A stretch of 64,000 nucleotides of DNA, taken from NCBI GenBank assembly GCA_963711835.1, contig CAVQFQ010000016.1, positions 1-64,000 on the forward strand. Reading direction: 5' to 3'. This DNA is from an uncultured delta proteobacterium (GTDB lineage Bacteria > Desulfobacterota > RBG-13-43-22). Made by a program: the position numbers and the translations under genes. The notes under the pieces are model-generated. The model searched no databases and was not told the origin of the DNA. It saw only the letters and a list, made by a program, of their open reading frames with translations. Positions 19,385-29,163 of the stretch are shown here, one piece after another (the first letter of the stretch is position 1; every line of letters starts with the position of its first letter).

Positions 19385-20608
19385 ATGAAAAGGTATGGGG
19401 ATTTTATCACCGCTGACGAAGATCTGGCCTTTTTGACATCCATTCGAAAATATATCGATAAAGAGGTGATGCCGATTCGCATGCAATTGGATGAAGACTA
19501 TGCTGCTTTTGAAAAGGCGTATGAAGGTCTGGTGAAACTTGGAGTCCAGAAGCGGGGTTTCTCTTCCGAATATGGCGGTTTGGGGATCCGGTCGGCAACC
19601 ACGGTCTGCGCCATCACGGAAGAGATATCTCGGGGAGACAGCGGGCTGTCCCTCCACGCTCTCATTATCCCCTGGTGCCTGGCTGCAGCCATGGGCGCCC
19701 GTAACAAGCCCCTCATGGATAAATTTATTCCCATGTTCTGTGGAGGATACACCTCGATGCGGATGTTTGGCCATTACCGAACCGGCCGGAGGCTGCAATA
19801 TCGAAGATGCGGCCGAGCAGGGGCTTACCATTCGGACGAGGGCGAGGCTGGATGGAGATGAATGGGTGATTAGCGGTGAAAAAATGTGGCCCAGCGGAGC
19901 CAGCGTGGCCGACCTCTATTGCGTTGTTTGCACAACGGATCCCAAACAGAGAGAACAGGGCGTGGCCCTCATCTATGTGCCCAAAGATACCCCCGGCCTT
20001 TCCTTCGGGAAACCGGAACAAAAAATGGGAATGAAGGTGACGGACTTCAATACGGCGATCCACTTTGACGACGTGAGGGTGCCCAAAGGAATATCGAGCC
20101 GGTGGACCCGGGATTGACTGGCAGCTTTTCAGAAACAATGTTTCCTGGGGCCGGCTGACGAGCGCCCCCATGACGCTGGGAAATGCGCAGGCCGTTTTAG
20201 ATATCGTCATCGAATATACCCGAACAAGGATCCTATGGAGGAAAACCCGTTCGGAATCATTCGCTGCAGGCAGCAATGATCGCGGACATGGCCATCGGCA
20301 TAGAGTCGGCGCGCGCTTTTTACCTCTCCGTTGCGGCCATGTTCAACAATCGAAAGAAATATGGAAATCCTAATGAGGATTACCTGTTGGCCCGCACCAG
20401 TGCCGCCAAAGTCTATGCCTGCGATGTCACTGAGATGGTCTGTAACCGGGCGATGGAACTCATGGGCTCTTATGGCTATGCCCGCGACTACCATGTAGAG
20501 AAGTACCTCAGGGACTCCAAGATCATCCAGATATGGTTGGGGGGCGGACAACTGGGAAGGTTGGATGTGGTTCAAAGCTATTACCCTTACGTCGGAGGCC
20601 AAAAGTAA
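19385..20608 (+). pseudogene. acyl-CoA dehydrogenase, split by several frameshifts (possibly sequencing errors)
   Basis: EEISRGDSG, CLAITEPAGG, ISGEKMW, GKPEQKMG and MGSYGYARDYHVEKYLRDSKIIQIW lie in different frames. Confidence 0.85.
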
Positions 20609-20635
20609 CGCACAAAGCCCGAGTTTAATATATTA

Positions 20636-20923
20636 GGGTCTCATAATAATAGTGACCAACAGGGACCGGGGGGTCTTCTTTTCTGGGGTTGTCCAAAGGG
20701 TAACTCATCGCCCTATCCCGGCCCGGACGGCTAAGTGGGTTAGGTGCAGGGCATTCACTCAAGTCCGTTTCGGGCATTAGTGTAGGCCTGTCTCTGAATT
20801 AGATCCCGAATTTGGCCCGGCAAAGAAGCTTTGGGCTTGAAGGTGGACAACCCAGAAAAGAAGACCCCCCGGTCCCATTTAAGGCAAGCTCCTCAATTTC
20901 ATGTCAAGACTATTATGAGACCC
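20636..20923. repeat. nested long-inverted-repeat element, copy 2
   Basis: 13-bp outer IR gggtctcataata/tattatgagaccc flanked by TTA on both sides; inner arms 20662-20695/20844-20876; inner module homologous to 1636-1851 in reverse. Confidence 0.8.
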
Positions 20924-20931
20924 TTAATAAA

Positions 20932-21144
20932 ATGAGAGAAATTGAAATTTCTGAAGAGCCCATTGAGCTCTATAAAATCTTGAAGTTCGGAAATATGGTC
21001 GCAAGCGGCGGCGAAGCGAAATATGTGATTGCCGAAGGTCAAGTGATAGTCAATGGGAAGATCGAAACCAGAAAGCGAAAAAAGATCTTTTCCGGTGATG
21101 TGGTTGAATTCGGAGAAAATAAAATTCGTGTAAAAGTCAGATGA
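20932..21144 (+). CDS. S4-domain RNA-binding protein (YaaA/YbcJ-like)
   Basis: PIELYKILK...SGGEAK..I.EGQV.VNG..ETRKRKK. Confidence 0.9.
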   Translation: MREIEISEEPIELYKILKFGNMVASGGEAKYVIAEGQVIVNGKIETRKRKKIFSGDVVEFGENKIRVKVR

Positions 21145-21254
21145 TCCTACTTTGACGGATGAGATGTGGATGGAAGGGGCCAGGGCTAACTTTGACGGCA
21201 GGATCATCGTCGGCAAAGACCTTATGGAGTTATGAAGGGGAGTTGCCTGAAAAA

Positions 21255-21332
21255 GGTGAAAAAATAAGAATTATTTCGGTAAGGCGCTCCAGAAAAGAGG
21301 AAATTAGGATCTATGAAGGCGAAGGAATTTGA
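21255..21332 (+). pseudogene. BrnT toxin C-terminal remnant
   Basis: GEKIRIISVRRSRKEEIRIYE*, overlapping the antitoxin start; the N-terminal part is absent. Confidence 0.75.
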
Positions 21333-21534
21333 TAAACGATTTGACGAAGGCAAGGATATTTCCGAATATCTGGAATTATCCAAAGCCAGGAGGAGCGGCC
21401 GGGAGCAAAAAAGAGTAACTGTGGATTTTCCCTTATGGATGGTCCATCTATTGGATAAGGAATCAAAACGTCTGGGCGTGCCCAGGTAATCCATCATCAA
21501 GGTCTGGGTGGCAGAGCGCCTCGAAAAGGGATAG
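21313..21534 (+). pseudogene. BrnA/CopG-type antitoxin with a premature stop
   Basis: MKAKEFDKRFDEGKDI...KRVTVDFPLWM...RLGVPR*SIIKVWVAERL; TAA at 21487. Confidence 0.8.
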
Positions 21535-21738
21535 TGACCAGTCATTAACTTGACTACCAAAGAACAATACCCTAAAATTAACCAATAGGCATGCCTGAAG
21601 AAATCAGGGAGATTGGGCCAGGACAAAGGGCTAAGAGACAAACTTTCCACAATGACTCAAAAATGAAGTTGGCAATTTCTGGCCAGGAACTGTACTCCAA
21701 AAAGAGTTAAATCTATAATCCAGGAAAGGAGAGAAACC

Positions 21739-22170
21739 ATGTTTAAGGATTTCAAGGAATTCATTATGCGGGGTAATGTCATGGACATGGCCGTAGGCAT
21801 CGTCATCGGGGCGGCCTTCGGCAAGATCATCTCCTCCTTTGTCAGCGATGTCCTGATGCCGCCCATCGGGCTTTTACTGGGCAAGGTGGACTTTTCCGGC
21901 CTCTTCCTCAACCTCTCGGGCAAAACCTTTGAGACCCTGGAGGCGGCCAAGAAGGCCGGGGCGCCGACCCTCAACTATGGTCTTTTCATCAACACCGTTA
22001 TTGATTTCCTGATTGTCGCTTTTGCCATCTTTATGGTCATCAAGCAGATCAATCGCCTGAAGCGGCAGCCCGAGCCGGCCCCGGTCAATACCAAGGAATG
22101 CCCGTTCTGTTTTTCGGTCGTTCCCATCAAGGCCAGCCGCTGCCCTCAGTGTACCTCGGAGCTGAAATAA
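21739..22170 (+). CDS. mscL: large-conductance mechanosensitive channel with C-terminal Zn-ribbon
   Basis: [40 protein letters not shown]; tail CPFC...CPQC. Confidence 0.95.
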   Translation: MFKDFKEFIMRGNVMDMAVGIVIGAAFGKIISSFVSDVLMPPIGLLLGKVDFSGLFLNLSGKTFETLEAAKKAGAPTLNYGLFINTVIDFLIVAFAIFMVIKQINRLKRQPEPAPVNTKECPFCFSVVPIKASRCPQCTSELK

Positions 22171-22219
22171 ACCGTTACCTTCCTTATCGCAATAACTGAC
22201 CGTGGAGTCGGTGTCCTTG

Positions 22220-22241
22220 AGGGGAGGCGAAAGCCTCCCCT
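22220..22241. other. GC-rich hairpin with GAAA loop
   Basis: aggggaggc-gaaa-gcctcccct after mscL; no U-tract. Confidence 0.45.
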
Positions 22242-22290
22242 ACCCTAACTACCCTTACTATAAGTCCTGCTTTGTTTGATAAAAAATAGC

Positions 22291-23226
22291 ATGCGCATCC
22301 TTAAATCCAACCTCCTAAATGATGGAAAACTCTTCAATGACGGCCGAGCCGTTGACCTGATCCAAATTGAGGACACTCGTGACTATGATACCCTTTTAAG
22401 CAACATCATTAACTCCAACTACTACGACAGCGCCTATTTCAAAAATCATATCGAGTATCCGGAAGGGCGGGTTAAATTTGATGCCCTTTATATGGCCGCC
22501 ATCATCGCCTTTCTTAAACCCAGGTCTCTGTTGGAATTAGGCTGTGGCCGGGGGGATGTCCTCTTTCTCCTGAGCCTTTTAAATCAATTCAGGATTCAGG
22601 GGATTGACCTCAGCCGGGATATCCTTGAAAAAGCCTGGCCTCCGCTGGCCCCCAACCTGGCCTGCGGAGAACTCCTGGAGATCTTTGAGGCCTTTCATAA
22701 AAAGGGGCTGCGCTTTAATACCTTTTGCGGCTTCGATATCTGGGAACATCTTCACCCAGCGAGGCTTCATGATTGTATTTCTGCCATGACGGCCTTGTCT
22801 GAAAGAGACGCCCTGTTCTTTTTTATTATCCCGGCCATCGGAACGGATAAGGTCTTTGGCGAAATTTTCCCCCTGGAATTGGAGGAAAACCGTCTTAATT
22901 TTTCGGAGGGAAACCCTTTTAACTATCTCAATGCCGAAATAATCGACCCGCCCATACCAGCCAATGGCCATTTGATTTGGGCCCCGACCGAGTGGTGGCA
23001 GAAGCAATTTGAACGGCATGGCCTGATCCGGGCGGAAGCTATCGAGAAAAACATCCATCGCTATTTCGATGAACACCTCTTCTACGCCCAGAAATCCTTT
23101 TTTCTTTTTCATCGGGATTCAGGGGCCGGCCGACGACGAGGAATTAGACGGCTTTCAAAGAACGGTCTAACTTTATTAAAAAATGGGAATTCTTCTAAAC
23201 CAAGCCAAGTGCATCACTGCTTATGA
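22291..23226 (+). CDS. class I SAM-dependent methyltransferase (3' end possibly frameshifted)
   Basis: LLELGCGRG, GIDLS, DIWEHL. Confidence 0.75.
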   Translation: MRILKSNLLNDGKLFNDGRAVDLIQIEDTRDYDTLLSNIINSNYYDSAYFKNHIEYPEGRVKFDALYMAAIIAFLKPRSLLELGCGRGDVLFLLSLLNQFRIQGIDLSRDILEKAWPPLAPNLACGELLEIFEAFHKKGLRFNTFCGFDIWEHLHPARLHDCISAMTALSERDALFFFIIPAIGTDKVFGEIFPLELEENRLNFSEGNPFNYLNAEIIDPPIPANGHLIWAPTEWWQKQFERHGLIRAEAIEKNIHRYFDEHLFYAQKSFFLFHRDSGAGRRRGIRRLSKNGLTLLKNGNSSKPSQVHHCL

Positions 23227-23536
23227 GCAAAGACATCAAACTCGGTTATTAATGGGGAAGAACTTAACTCTACTCTTCATCATGCCGAATTTTATATGAA
23301 GAGGATCTGGAAAGGCGTATCGGGGAAATCTCTTTCCTCCCTTCCAGGAGGGTGGCCCAAAAAATTTACCGGGAATACCTGACGCTATCATAAAAAAAGG
23401 CTGAGGGACGTCATCATGAGAATTAAAGGTTGGTTTTTTTGATGGTTATAAGCCTATTCGGATTAGGCCGACCCTGGCCTATCAATTTGGCCCCCGCCTA
23501 TTTTTCCGCCAATTCGGCTACCTGTGGCTGGATCGG

Positions 23537-24440
23537 GTGGAAAGCCGGCTAATACCGGGACAACTGGAAGAGATTAGAGAAAAAACCAAGGAACTGAAGG
23601 CCAAAATCGTCTGGTCCTCCAGCCGGACGGGCAGTCACGAACTATTTATCATGACCCTGCCTGATGCCGCCATTTTTCAACTGACTCATAACAACTATGT
23701 GGATATTTTCCCCCGGTTCTCGCCCGATGGAGAAAAGATCGTATTTATCCGCAGCCAGAGGCCCTGGGTTTCCGGACGGGACCTCGATCCCTGGGATCTC
23801 TATCTGCTCTCCCTGACAACCGGGAAGGAGCGGTTGTTGGCCAAAGAAGGGAATATGCCCCAATGGGTTGATAATCACCGAATCAGCTTTGTTCGGAAAA
23901 ACAGGCTGCTGATCAAAGACCTGGATACCGGTCAAGAGACCCTGGTCCTCGATGGCAACCTTCCTCCTGTTTCGGGCCAAATAACTACACCGGAATTTTC
24001 TCCTGATCAATCGGGCAGGTTGGCTTTGACCGTTCGAGGAAAGCTGGCTGGGGTCTTTGTCATGGATCTGAAATCCAAGAATGTTCTAAAATTCGGAGAG
24101 GGGTGCCAGATCACCTGGTTTCCAAACGGCAGGGAAGTGTGTTGGGTCGAAAATGGAGGAAGAGGGGGCAACCAGATTCTGACGTCCCCGGCTAACCCGC
24201 CCACAAAAAAGTGTACTCATCGACTTGCCGGGAGAGCTTAGCCATGAATACTTTCCCCGCCTGTCGCGGGATGGGAAATGGCTTATTTGGGGCGCCAGTG
24301 CCGGCGGCCACGAGCTTGATGTCGAAGATTATGAACTATTTTTATGGCAACTGGGCCGGCCGGCTGCCGAAGCCATTCGTCTCACCCATAATAAAGCCAA
24401 TGATAGCTGGCCGGATATTTTTATTAAACCGACCCCCTAA
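23537..24440 (+). CDS. TolB-like/PD40 beta-propeller protein (frameshift near 24210; start may be upstream)
   Basis: WSSSRTGSHELF, FPRFSPDG, PEFSPD; FPRLSRDGKW and DSWPDI are in a second frame. Confidence 0.75.
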
Positions 24441-24523
24441 GCCGAACGAGTCGGAAACATTCAAAGGACACCTGACCCCTCCCTCGACCCTCACCCTCGA
24501 GGGGAGGAGGAAGGGGTATGGGT

Positions 24524-25552
24524 TTAAGAGGTGCGCTCCCCTTTTTTACGGCGGCCGCTCCTGAAAAGAATCATCAAAAAAGCCGCTGCTCCCCAGGTAT
24601 AATCCACCACCTGGGTCAAAAAGTGCATGCCGAACGAAAGCAAAACCCCCTGGGCCGGGGATAGCCCCAGGGTCGTCAAGACGGCCCCCAGAACGCCCTC
24701 GTAGAACCCGAATCCCGCCAGACCGCCGATTGGCAGACTGGCCGCGGCCTCCGAACCGATCAGGCCCAGACAGGTCACTAAAAAAGGCAGGGGGGTAGCG
24801 GAGCCGGTCAGGGCCTGAACAAAGGCCTGTAAGAGCAGGTATAGGTAACCGTACTTCAAGGCGCGGATGGCCAGAGACAGGCCTAAAATCTTCCAAAAGA
24901 TACCGGCCTCCTTCAGTTCCTTGAAGGACCGGCTTAAGCCCTCGCAGTATTCCGGCAGCCGCTGCAGTATCCTCCTTCCTTTCAGATAACCAGGGAAGCG
25001 TTGGTTCAACCCTTGCCCCAGAAAACGGAAAATAGGCCCTACCATGATTATCATCAGGATTCCAACGGCCATAATCAAAAAGGAAAAAAGCCACAGTCCC
25101 GAATAACGTTGAGCGGATGTAAGACTGTCCACGATCCCGGCCAACCCCAGCAGAGGTCCCAAGGCCAGAAAATCGAAAAGAAAGGCGTAGGCAAGGGATG
25201 TTACGCTGGGATAAACATTGACCCGGTACACCCGGTTTAAGAGAACCGGATAGGAAATTTCCCCGGTCCGGGCGGGCAGTAAGTCAACCATCATGTTTCG
25301 AACCCCGGTTACCAGGATCAGGTCTCCGAAAGGAGGCCGGACCGGGGTCCGGCTGGATTCCAGGATTATGGAATAACGCCAGGTTCTTAAGAACAGGGCC
25401 GAGGTGTAAAGAAAGAGATAGAATAGGAGATACCGGGGATCGAGATTGAAAAATATCCGGCTCCAATCGGAACCGCTGCTCCGGGAAAGCAGATAATAAA
25501 AAAGAAGGCCGGTGATAAAAAGGGAGAGGATCAGCAGGATCGTTTTTTTCAT
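24524..25552 (-). CDS. lysylphosphatidylglycerol-synthase TM (flippase-like) protein
   Basis: LRTWRY, LLPARTGE, LPIGGLAGFGFYE; multiple TM segments. Confidence 0.85.
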   Translation of the reverse strand: MKKTILLILSLFITGLLFYYLLSRSSGSDWSRIFFNLDPRYLLFYLFLYTSALFLRTWRYSIILESSRTPVRPPFGDLILVTGVRNMMVDLLPARTGEISYPVLLNRVYRVNVYPSVTSLAYAFLFDFLALGPLLGLAGIVDSLTSAQRYSGLWLFSFLIMAVGILMIIMVGPIFRFLGQGLNQRFPGYLKGRRILQRLPEYCEGLSRSFKELKEAGIFWKILGLSLAIRALKYGYLYLLLQAFVQALTGSATPLPFLVTCLGLIGSEAAASLPIGGLAGFGFYEGVLGAVLTTLGLSPAQGVLLSFGMHFLTQVVDYTWGAAAFLMILFRSGRRKKGERTS

Positions 25553-27570
25553 CAGCTTTTTTGGGCTCGGCCAGGCCCTTTGTTTATCTCGTAAACAAAA
25601 TCGGAGCCGAATCGGGCCACGGGCCTTAAGAGGTCCTGATACCTGTCTATCCGGTTAAAGACCAGCTCCCTTTCCACCGGACGATCATAATCTCCAAAAT
25701 GGATGATGACATATTTTATGTCGAGCTGCCCTAAAAAGGCCACCGAGGAATCAGAGGGAAATCCTTTCAATCCTTTCTGATAAAGGAGATCATAATCCGG
25801 AGGGAAATAGCCGCTGTAACCATTCACCAATTTTTTCCAGTGGTAGGTCGAGTAATAGACCCGGAAGGCCTCCTTCCAAACCTCGGCCGGCTCACTGGGA
25901 AGAGGAAGCTCCAGGATGGCAAAATCCCCTTTCTGATGGGCCAGCCAGCGAAAGACCTGGGGGACCTCCTTTCCCGTGGGGACAGGCACCATGAAAAGAG
26001 GAAAGGAGGCATACTCAGCAATGATAAAGGTCACGGCAGCCAGAACCAGCAAAAGCTTCTGCCAGAAGACCCTGGATCGAGCCAGGAGCCAGGCCAGGCC
26101 AAAGCCGGCGAAGACGCTGACTGAACAGGCGATCAGGATAATAAAACGGCTTGGGACCCTCAGCCCGTCAAATCCGGGGAAAAACTGGTAGAGGATGAGA
26201 TAGGGGCTGTAAAAGAATATCTCTCGACCTTTTAAATGAATAAAGGGGCCGAAACAAAAAAGAAAAGAAAGGATGAGCATCAAAAAGTAGAAACCCAGGC
26301 CCGGATAGGTGAAGGAAGGAAGATAAGCAAAGGGGCCTCCAGCCCGCCTGAAAGAGAGAAGCGATTTTAGACCGATCAGAATCAGGAAAATCCAGACCGC
26401 CCGGTTCAGGCTGGTGGCACTGATCTTGACCCCCCAGAGGTTCGTGGATAGGCCTCCGAAAAGAAGGATTATCAGGATCATAACGCCGGATAGACCTAAC
26501 AGGATATTCAGGATCCCGGACAAGGTTTTCATTTTTTTTGAGGATCTTTCCAGTTCCCCTTTAATCCTTCGATCTTTTTTTCGCCGGGTGACCAGGATTC
26601 CAACCAACCCCAGGAATAAGGGGGTCAGACCAAGAAACAATTCCCCTTCCGGCCTCCAGAAGGACTGGGTTACTCCTCCCCAGAGGCGATTCAGCGATGT
26701 GGTACTGATGAAGCTGGCCAGATCAGCGGAAAAATAGACCACCTCCCCCAGTGAGCGGACAAAACCCATTTCCTTTTTGACCTGGATATAGGGGTAATAG
26801 GTTGGTAGAATAACCAAACCCGAAAGTAGCGCAAACAGGCCCAGCTTGGCCCAGAGAGAGATCCGGAATGGCCTTCGGGTGATTAGATCCAAGAAAAGGA
26901 AAAGGCCCACAAAGATGGAGAGAAAGAGACCGTAGTACCCGCAGGACAGGAACTCCAGGACAAAAAAGAGGGTGAAAAGAAAAAGGGTCTTATAGCTTTC
27001 CTCGTTCACGAAACGGTGCAGGTAAAGGAAGGTCAGGGGAATCCACTGAGCGGCCTGTAACTGGACATGGGAAAGATGGGCAAAGCGCCAGGGGAAATAG
27101 GCGAAGATCAATCCCGAAACCAGGGCGGCCGAACGGTTTCCGGATAAGTAATAAGATAGCAGATACATGGTAAAGCCGGAAAGGGTCAGGCTGATCAGGA
27201 AAAGGACATTATAGGCCAGGACAGGATTTTGGGTGAATAGGATCACCGGTATGACAAAAGGGACATTCCCCAGCATATGCTCCGAATAGGCCAGGGTATT
27301 TTTATGAGGATAAAATATATTGGCCTGGAAGAGGGATAAAAGTTCCCCGGAGGTGATCTTATGCACATCCCAGGCCAGGATCCAGGAATTGAACAGGGAG
27401 TCCCCGTAGTCACCGATAATGGCCCGGTCACCGATCAGGACAGCCGGGTAAGTCATCACCAAAGTGATGCCGGCAAAAAGAAAAAAAACTAGGACCTGAT
27501 GGATCCAGGGGCGTTTTTTTTCCCGGCTCATGAGGGGGGTTGGGGCGCTGCTCCTTGTTGAGTTAGGCAT
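25552..27570 (-). CDS. GT-C-like polytopic membrane protein
   Basis: GDSLFNSWILAW, ANIFYPHKNTLAYSE, RVPSRF, ILELP, LVNGYSGYFP. Confidence 0.75.
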   Translation of the reverse strand: MPNSTRSSAPTPLMSREKKRPWIHQVLVFFLFAGITLVMTYPAVLIGDRAIIGDYGDSLFNSWILAWDVHKITSGELLSLFQANIFYPHKNTLAYSEHMLGNVPFVIPVILFTQNPVLAYNVLFLISLTLSGFTMYLLSYYLSGNRSAALVSGLIFAYFPWRFAHLSHVQLQAAQWIPLTFLYLHRFVNEESYKTLFLFTLFFVLEFLSCGYYGLFLSIFVGLFLFLDLITRRPFRISLWAKLGLFALLSGLVILPTYYPYIQVKKEMGFVRSLGEVVYFSADLASFISTTSLNRLWGGVTQSFWRPEGELFLGLTPLFLGLVGILVTRRKKDRRIKGELERSSKKMKTLSGILNILLGLSGVMILIILLFGGLSTNLWGVKISATSLNRAVWIFLILIGLKSLLSFRRAGGPFAYLPSFTYPGLGFYFLMLILSFLFCFGPFIHLKGREIFFYSPYLILYQFFPGFDGLRVPSRFIILIACSVSVFAGFGLAWLLARSRVFWQKLLLVLAAVTFIIAEYASFPLFMVPVPTGKEVPQVFRWLAHQKGDFAILELPLPSEPAEVWKEAFRVYYSTYHWKKLVNGYSGYFPPDYDLLYQKGLKGFPSDSSVAFLGQLDIKYVIIHFGDYDRPVERELVFNRIDRYQDLLRPVARFGSDFVYEINKGPGRAQKS

Positions 27571-27599
27571 AAAGCAATGACGGTTGATTTGTAAAGTCC

Positions 27600-27659
27600 T
27601 GGGGAACAAAACCCCCATCTCCATAATATGAGTGTGGGGAACAAGACCCCCATCTCCAT
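27600..27659. repeat. two 25-bp direct repeats, period 35
   Basis: tggggaacaaaacccccatctccat and tggggaacaagacccccatctccat (one mismatch). Confidence 0.75.
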
Positions 27660-27678
27660 GGTTTATAAGGAACTGGCA

Positions 27679-29058
27679 CTACCCCTTAGGGGAGGGTCTT
27701 TCAACCTTCCGTTTCAATAAATTGGCGGCAATCAACAAAGGGTCCCAGACCGGGCTGAAGGGAGGGGCATAGGCCAGGTCCAGGTGCGAGATCTCCTCCA
27801 GGGTCATCCCCTGGTTAAGGGCCACAGCCAGGACATTGATCCGGCGGCCTTCCCCGTCCCGGCCGATCAGGTTTCCACCCAAAATTTTTCCGGTTTTCTG
27901 ATCAGCCACAATCTTAAGAAAGGTCGGCTGGGCCCCGGGGTAAATCCCCACCCGCGAATGGCCCTCCACCGTCTGGGTAATGACCTGATAGCCCAGGGCC
28001 TTGGCCTGGGCCTCGCTGACGCCGGCCATGCCGATCTCCAGGTCAAAAACCTTCACTGAGGCGGCCCCGACGATCCCGTGAAATTGGGCGCTGCCTCCCA
28101 GGGCATTTTCACCGGCCACCCGGCCCTCCTTGTTGGCAATATCCCCCAACGGGGCCAGGACGGACTGCCCGGTGACCCGGTGAACCTTTTCACAGCAATC
28201 CCCGGCTGCCCAAATAGAGGGATCACTGGTTTGCATATGAGCGTTGACTCGGATCCCTCCGGTCCGGCCGAGGATGATCCCGGCCTCTCCGGCAATTTCA
28301 GCATTCGGCACCACCCCGGCCCCGACGAAAAAAAGGTCTCCCGGGTAGGTCCCCTTGTCGGTTACCAGCCCCCGGGCTTTAGAGCCCTCCCCTTCAAAGG
28401 CCTGAGGGTGGACTTCCCCAATATACCTGACCCCTTGGGCCTCCAATTCCTTAACGATCAGGGGACCCAACTCCGGCTCCAATCCGCTGTAGGGGAACTT
28501 GCCCCGATAGAGCAGGGTGGTGGCCACCCCTCGTTGACGCAGGGCCTCAGCCAGCTCCAGGGCGATGTACCCGGCCCCGATGATCAGGGCTTCTTTCGGT
28601 TTTTGCCGATCAATAAAGGCGCGGAGGCGGAGACCGTCGCTCATGTCTTTCAGGGAAAAAACATTCTCCGCCTCTTCTCCGGGCAGGTTCAACCTACGGG
28701 AACGGGCCCCGGTGGCGATGATCAGCCGATCATAGGGCCAGGAAATTTCCCGGCCCCGGTCGCGGTCCAGGACCCTTACCCGGCCTGTGCCCCGGTCAAT
28801 GGCCAGGGCCTCATGCCTGAGCTTGATTTCGATCTGCTGCTTTTCTTGAAATTCTTCCGGAGTCCTGGCGATTAATTCCTCAGGCTCCTTGATTACATCA
28901 CCGATGTAATAAGGCAGTTCTCAAGCCCCGTAGGAGACGAAACTCCCTTTTTCCAAGATAGTGATCTGGGCTTCAGGAGATTTTCGACGGGCGGTGCTGG
29001 CGGCGGTCGGCCCGGCTGCCGATCCTCCCAGGATCAACAAGCGAAGTTTTTCCCCCAT
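27679..29058 (-). CDS. CoA-disulfide reductase/NADH oxidase-family flavoprotein, probable selenoprotein (459 aa, Sec46)
   Basis: ATG 29058 with GAGGAG RBS; LILGGSAAG FAD motif; SYGA-TGA-ELPYY at the catalytic Cys position; the frame continues through ATGA, GAGYIALE, AAGD and YAPPFS. Confidence 0.88.
28887..28914 (-). promoter_or_regulatory. bacterial SECIS-like hairpin
   Basis: CCUU-AUUACAUC-GGU-GAUGUAAU-C-AAGG begins 6 nt after the in-frame UGA at 28921-28923. Confidence 0.72.
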
Positions 29059-29163
29059 GATTTACTCCTCTTTATTTCGACCTCATTTTTTAGGCTGACT
29101 CATCTATCTACCACCCCCACCCAGCCCCCCCATAAAAGGGGGGGAGCCGAAGGGGTTCTTCCG

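Noticed and set aside
20812-20931. N-terminal extension of the S4 protein in the ORF track
   Set aside because: It lies inside the repeat element; the S4 domain starts at ATG 20932.
21222-21650. 142-aa minus-strand ORF
   Set aside because: Antisense shadow of the brnTA remnant.
27600-27659. CRISPR array
   Set aside because: Only two 25-bp repeats with a 10-bp spacer, and no cas genes.
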